A model generated the notes under the pieces. It was not told where the DNA came from and made no database searches. It saw only the letters and a program-made list of their open reading frames with translations. A stretch of DNA of 64,000 nucleotides from a bacterium. Lineage in GTDB: Bacteria; Zhuqueibacterota; Zhuqueibacteria; Residuimicrobiales; Residuimicrobiaceae. The stretch is taken from positions 25,883-89,882 of the forward strand of contig JAKPUX010000228.1 in assembly GCA_029554865.1 (NCBI GenBank), in the 5' to 3' direction. A program made the position numbers and the translations under genes. This document shows positions 60,557-64,000 of the stretch, piece by piece; position 1 is the stretch's first letter, and every line of letters begins with the position of its first letter.

Positions 60557-61795
60557 TCAGTGGCGCAAGCATTCGATGACGCTGAGCCGGGAGGCCTTGC
60601 GCGCCGGGAAAAAGCCGGCCACCATGCCGACCAGGCCGAGGATGAGGACGGTGATCAGGGCGACCCGGAGATCGATGACCGGATCGCCGACGAAATCCTC
60701 ATAGGGCAGGGCGGCGATGCCCTTGATGATCAAGGCGGCGAGGATGAAGCCGACGAGCGCCCCCACCGTGACGATGATGAAGGCTTCGATGAGGAACTGG
60801 CTGAGGATATGGCTGCGCCGGGCGCCGATGGAACGGCGCACACCGATCTCCGCCGTCCGCTCCTGGACGACGACGTACATGATATTGGCCAGACCGATCC
60901 CCCCCACGGTCAGGGTCATGACGCCGATCAGCCCCATGAAGAGGGTGAAGCCGAGGGAGAAGTAATAGATAAATTTATCCATTTCGGTGGTATCCCATAT
61001 GCCCAGGGCCTGCTTGTCGGCGGGATCGAAACCCTTCTTCTTACCGAGCACTTCATATACACGCTGCTGCGCCTGCTGCGAATCCAGGGGGCCCCTGATC
61101 TGGTAGACGATGTTGTCGATATAGCGGTGGCCGAAGAGTGACTGAAAGGTCGCGGCCGGGATGAAGGCGCGGTCCTCATCGCGCGAGCTGTAGGAGGAGT
61201 TTTGCAGCTTGTGGGCGAGCACGCCGATGACCAGAAAGGGCGAATCGGCGACATAGAGATACTGGCCAACAGGATTGCTCCCCTGGCCGAAGAGGTATTT
61301 GGCCAGGCCGTCGCCGAGAAAGATCACCCGCCTGCGTTCCTGCATATCCAGGTCGTTGATCCAGCGTCCGCCCGGCTGCACCTGGATATTGCGCATCTCC
61401 GCGTATTCGGGGTAGATGCCGGCGATGTTGGGCTTGTTGACCTGCTCGCCGTAGCGCAGAGGAGCGTTCCATTTGCCATACTCCGGGCTGATGCTGCGGA
61501 TCTCCCGCACCTCCCGGCGCAGGAGTTCGGCATCCTCCTCGACGAGGTGGATGTAGCGGTCGCGGTTAAAGCCCATCCAGGGCATGCTGGTGCGGCCGGG
61601 CCAGAGGATGGCAATGCGTTCACCCATGCCGTGCATGCTCTTGCTCAGGGATCTCTGCACCCCGGCGCCGAAGGCGAGGAGCACGACGATGCTGACCGTC
61701 CCCCAGACGATGCCGAAGAGGGTCATGAAGGTGCGGGCCTTGTACTGGCGCAGGTAGTAAAAGATCTCTTTGATGGTTTCGATCAGATGGCTCAT
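60557..61795 (-). CDS. ABC transporter permease, FtsX/MacB family (paralog)
   Basis: 412 aa with the same architecture. Confidence 0.8.
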   Translation of the reverse strand: MSHLIETIKEIFYYLRQYKARTFMTLFGIVWGTVSIVVLLAFGAGVQRSLSKSMHGMGERIAILWPGRTSMPWMGFNRDRYIHLVEEDAELLRREVREIRSISPEYGKWNAPLRYGEQVNKPNIAGIYPEYAEMRNIQVQPGGRWINDLDMQERRRVIFLGDGLAKYLFGQGSNPVGQYLYVADSPFLVIGVLAHKLQNSSYSSRDEDRAFIPAATFQSLFGHRYIDNIVYQIRGPLDSQQAQQRVYEVLGKKKGFDPADKQALGIWDTTEMDKFIYYFSLGFTLFMGLIGVMTLTVGGIGLANIMYVVVQERTAEIGVRRSIGARRSHILSQFLIEAFIIVTVGALVGFILAALIIKGIAALPYEDFVGDPVIDLRVALITVLILGLVGMVAGFFPARKASRLSVIECLRH

Positions 61796-61847
61796 AATCG
61801 CTGCCTTGCAATGGTTTACGCCTTTTACGGGCGGGTGCGGCCCGCGG

Positions 61848-62951
61848 CTAGACGATCGGCTTGACCTTCTTCTCGAGCACCTCCTGCCCCTCCTGCAGGC
61901 CGGAGATCACCTCGATGTTGATGGCATCGCTGAGGCCGGTCTGGATGGCCGTCTCCTTGCTCTCTTGGGCTCCCGTGCTGATCTGGACGAAGGCCGAGTC
62001 GTTGCGGAAGGTGACGACCCGTTCCGGGATGGCCAGCACCTGCACCTTTTTGTTGATGATGATAGTGGCGTTGGCGGAAAACCCGGCGCGGAGCACGGCG
62101 CCGCCCGCGTCATCGATGGCGATCTCGACCGGGAAGAGGGTGGTGTTCTCCTCCTTGCGCGCTTTGAGCGAGATGAGGGTGACATGGCCCTTGACGGTCT
62201 TGCCCGGCAGTGCGCCGATCGCCAGCTCGCAGGGCATGCCCTCACTGATCTTGCCGACGTCGATTTCGTCGAGGGTGCCGCGGAAGAGCAGATCCTTCAT
62301 ATCGGCCATTTTCATCAGTTCGGTGCCGGCCTGATAGGAGGTGAGGGGGACGACCGGGTCGCCGAGGTTGACCGACTTTTGCAGGATATAGCCGGTGATC
62401 GGCGCCCTGACCGTGGTCTCGATGGCGTTGCCGGCGATCTGGACGCGTCCCTTCTTGAGCAGCTCGAGGCGTTCCCGGGCGATTTTGGTGCGCACCGAGG
62501 CCTGTTCGTAATGCTGCTCGAGGGTCTCAAACTCCTGCTGCGAGATCAGCCCCTTGGTCTTGAGCTCTTTCTGGCGCTCCAGCTCCCGGCTGAGGGTTGA
62601 GAGCTCGATCTCGGCGATCTCCACGCCTCGGGTGGTCTCGGCCAGCTCCAGCGGGGTGGGATCGGGACGGACATCAAGCAGGGGAGCGCCGGCCTGGACA
62701 TAATCGCCGACCTCGACGTAGAGCTTGCCCACCACTCCCGAGGTCTTGGATTTTACAGCGATCTCATTTTTAGGCTCGATCGCCCCCACGGCCAGGGCCT
62801 TGTCGATGATATCCATGCGTCCGACCTTGATTTTCGCCGGACCCGTTTCCTTGCCGTTCTTCGAACCGGCTCCGAAGGCGACCACAAGCAGGGCCACCAC
62901 GGCCACAGCTGCGGCGATCCAGTACCATTTTTTCTTGTTTCGCTTTGTCAT
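61848..62951 (-). CDS. efflux periplasmic adaptor subunit (HlyD/MacA family)
   Basis: Start at MTKRNKKKWYWIAAAVAVVALLVVAF (TM anchor); the ORF track begins at 62999; membrane-fusion-protein coiled-coil and barrel regions. Confidence 0.8.
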   Translation of the reverse strand: MTKRNKKKWYWIAAAVAVVALLVVAFGAGSKNGKETGPAKIKVGRMDIIDKALAVGAIEPKNEIAVKSKTSGVVGKLYVEVGDYVQAGAPLLDVRPDPTPLELAETTRGVEIAEIELSTLSRELERQKELKTKGLISQQEFETLEQHYEQASVRTKIARERLELLKKGRVQIAGNAIETTVRAPITGYILQKSVNLGDPVVPLTSYQAGTELMKMADMKDLLFRGTLDEIDVGKISEGMPCELAIGALPGKTVKGHVTLISLKARKEENTTLFPVEIAIDDAGGAVLRAGFSANATIIINKKVQVLAIPERVVTFRNDSAFVQISTGAQESKETAIQTGLSDAINIEVISGLQEGQEVLEKKVKPIV

Positions 62952-63148
62952 AGGGGAAGACTCCCAAGGATAAGACCATATTGCCGGGGGTTGTTTCATC
63001 GATATATACGGCGGGGTATCTCAATTTGTTACACTGCATGGCCGGTCCGGGAGGCGATATAAAAAAAGCCCCGCAGCCGAAGCTGCGGGGCAGGATGAAA
63101 AGGAGATGCGCAGAGCCCCGGGGTGAGCCGGTTGACTCCGCGGGGGGG

Positions 63149-64000
63149 TCAGGATTTGGCGAGGGTTTCGATGATCCGCAGCAGGTGCTCATAGAATTTG
63201 GCCACGGTTTTGACGTTCACCTTCTCCTCGGGGGAGTGGGGGTGCTTCAGGTCCGGGCCGAAGGAGATCATGTCCATGCCGGGGAACTTTTCACCGATGA
63301 TGCCGCATTCCAGGCCAGCGTGGATGGCCGAGTAGACCGCCTTTTTGCCGGTAACTTCCATGTAGGTGTCGAGAGTGACCTTGAGCAGGGGCGAGTCGAG
63401 GTTGGGCATCCAGCCGGGATAGCCTTCGGGCTGTTCCACCTTGGCGCCGGTCATGCGGGCAATGGCGGCCAGCTTGTCGCGGGTGGCGCGCAGGGCGGCG
63501 CTGTTGGAGCTGCGGCTGCTGCAGAGGATGATCGCCCTGGCGGCGCTCGACTTGATGGCGGCGACATTGTTGGAGGTCTCCACCAGCCCCTGCATGCTGC
63601 GACTCATGGCCAGAGGGCCGTGGGGCAGGGCAAAGATCAGGCCGAGGAGCTTCTCCATCGATGCTGCCTCGAGCACCTTGGGCGCCTTGCCCTTGAGCAC
63701 TTCGATGGTCAGCTCGATTTTGGCTTCGACCGGCTTGAACTCGGTGTGGATCTCCTCCATCGCCTTCTCCAGCCAGGCCGTGACCTTGGCGCCATCCCGC
63801 TTGCGCACGACGATTTCGGAAAAGGCCTCGCGCGGGATAGCGTTATGCTTGTCGCCCCCGTTAAAGCTCACCATCTCGATTTTGAACTCGCGTGAGAGCT
63901 GCCAGATCAGGCGATTGAGAATCTTGACCGCATTGCCGCGCCCTTCATGAATGTCGATGCCGGAGTGGCCGCCGCGCAGGCCGTGAATGTGCAGGTAGAG
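63149..64000 (-). CDS. pepD: aminoacyl-histidine dipeptidase PepD (M20 family), 5' end beyond window
   Basis: C-terminal PepD region; the frame stays open upstream of the first in-window Met through ...LYLHIHGLRGGHSGIDIHEGRGNA... to the window edge. Confidence 0.8.
   Translation of the reverse strand, partial: LYLHIHGLRGGHSGIDIHEGRGNAVKILNRLIWQLSREFKIEMVSFNGGDKHNAIPREAFSEIVVRKRDGAKVTAWLEKAMEEIHTEFKPVEAKIELTIEVLKGKAPKVLEAASMEKLLGLIFALPHGPLAMSRSMQGLVETSNNVAAIKSSAARAIILCSSRSSNSAALRATRDKLAAIARMTGAKVEQPEGYPGWMPNLDSPLLKVTLDTYMEVTGKKAVYSAIHAGLECGIIGEKFPGMDMISFGPDLKHPHSPEEKVNVKTVAKFYEHLLRIIETLAKS

Overview
This window is a high-GC (about 63-65%) bacterial chromosomal segment, and the gene content (sigma-54 regulation, a Por/T9SS C-terminal sorting domain, MacAB-TolC-type efflux) suggests an FCB-group-like lineage, though no taxon can be assigned from sequence alone. 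Many long antisense ORFs in the six-frame track are high-GC artefacts and were ignored.

Gene content in order:
- 1-9.7 kb: a LarA-like (DUF2088) protein, a POT-family peptide transporter, a flavodoxin, a B12-binding radical-SAM enzyme, a glutamine-synthetase-family protein, mnmA, a hypothetical protein and a polyprenyl synthase.
- 9.9-18.9 kb: a pentapeptide-repeat protein, a STAS anti-sigma antagonist, a complete MacAB-TolC-type efflux operon (TolC, HlyD adaptor, ABC ATPase, two FtsX permeases), a Yip1 membrane protein and a CCA-adding enzyme.
- 19.4-25 kb: a roughly 1,500-aa signal-peptide-bearing multi-repeat surface protein, followed by a 320-aa protein carrying a T9SS C-terminal sorting domain.
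- 25.2-33.7 kb: ppiD, then an Rrf2-regulated suf operon (sufBCD, a DUF59/SufT protein, a Rieske ferredoxin, sufS, sufU).
- 33.8-58.7 kb: the dominant feature, a roughly 21-kb minus-strand ethanolamine-utilisation (eut) microcompartment operon. Gene order is receiver, lipoprotein, eutG, eutH, porin, secreted HAD phosphatase, eutA, eutB, eutC, eutL, eutK, a ParA/MinD-type ATPase, eutS, eutP, eutQ, eutT, pta, eutM (two copies), eutN, an aldehyde dehydrogenase, eutJ, and pduS-like and pduT-like genes. It sits downstream of a PAS histidine kinase, a Cache-HAMP protein and a sigma-54 enhancer-binding protein, with a candidate -24/-12 promoter in front.
- 58.7-64 kb: tmRNA, a second MacB-type adaptor-permease set without an ATPase gene, and a partial pepD.

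The most interesting signals are the ParA-type ATPase translationally coupled to the EutK shell protein (which carries a C-terminal wHTH-like domain), a secreted HAD phosphatase plus porin embedded in the eut operon, and the three-protein sensory module controlling it. The ParA-EutK pair is a candidate nucleoid-based positioning system for the Eut microcompartment.
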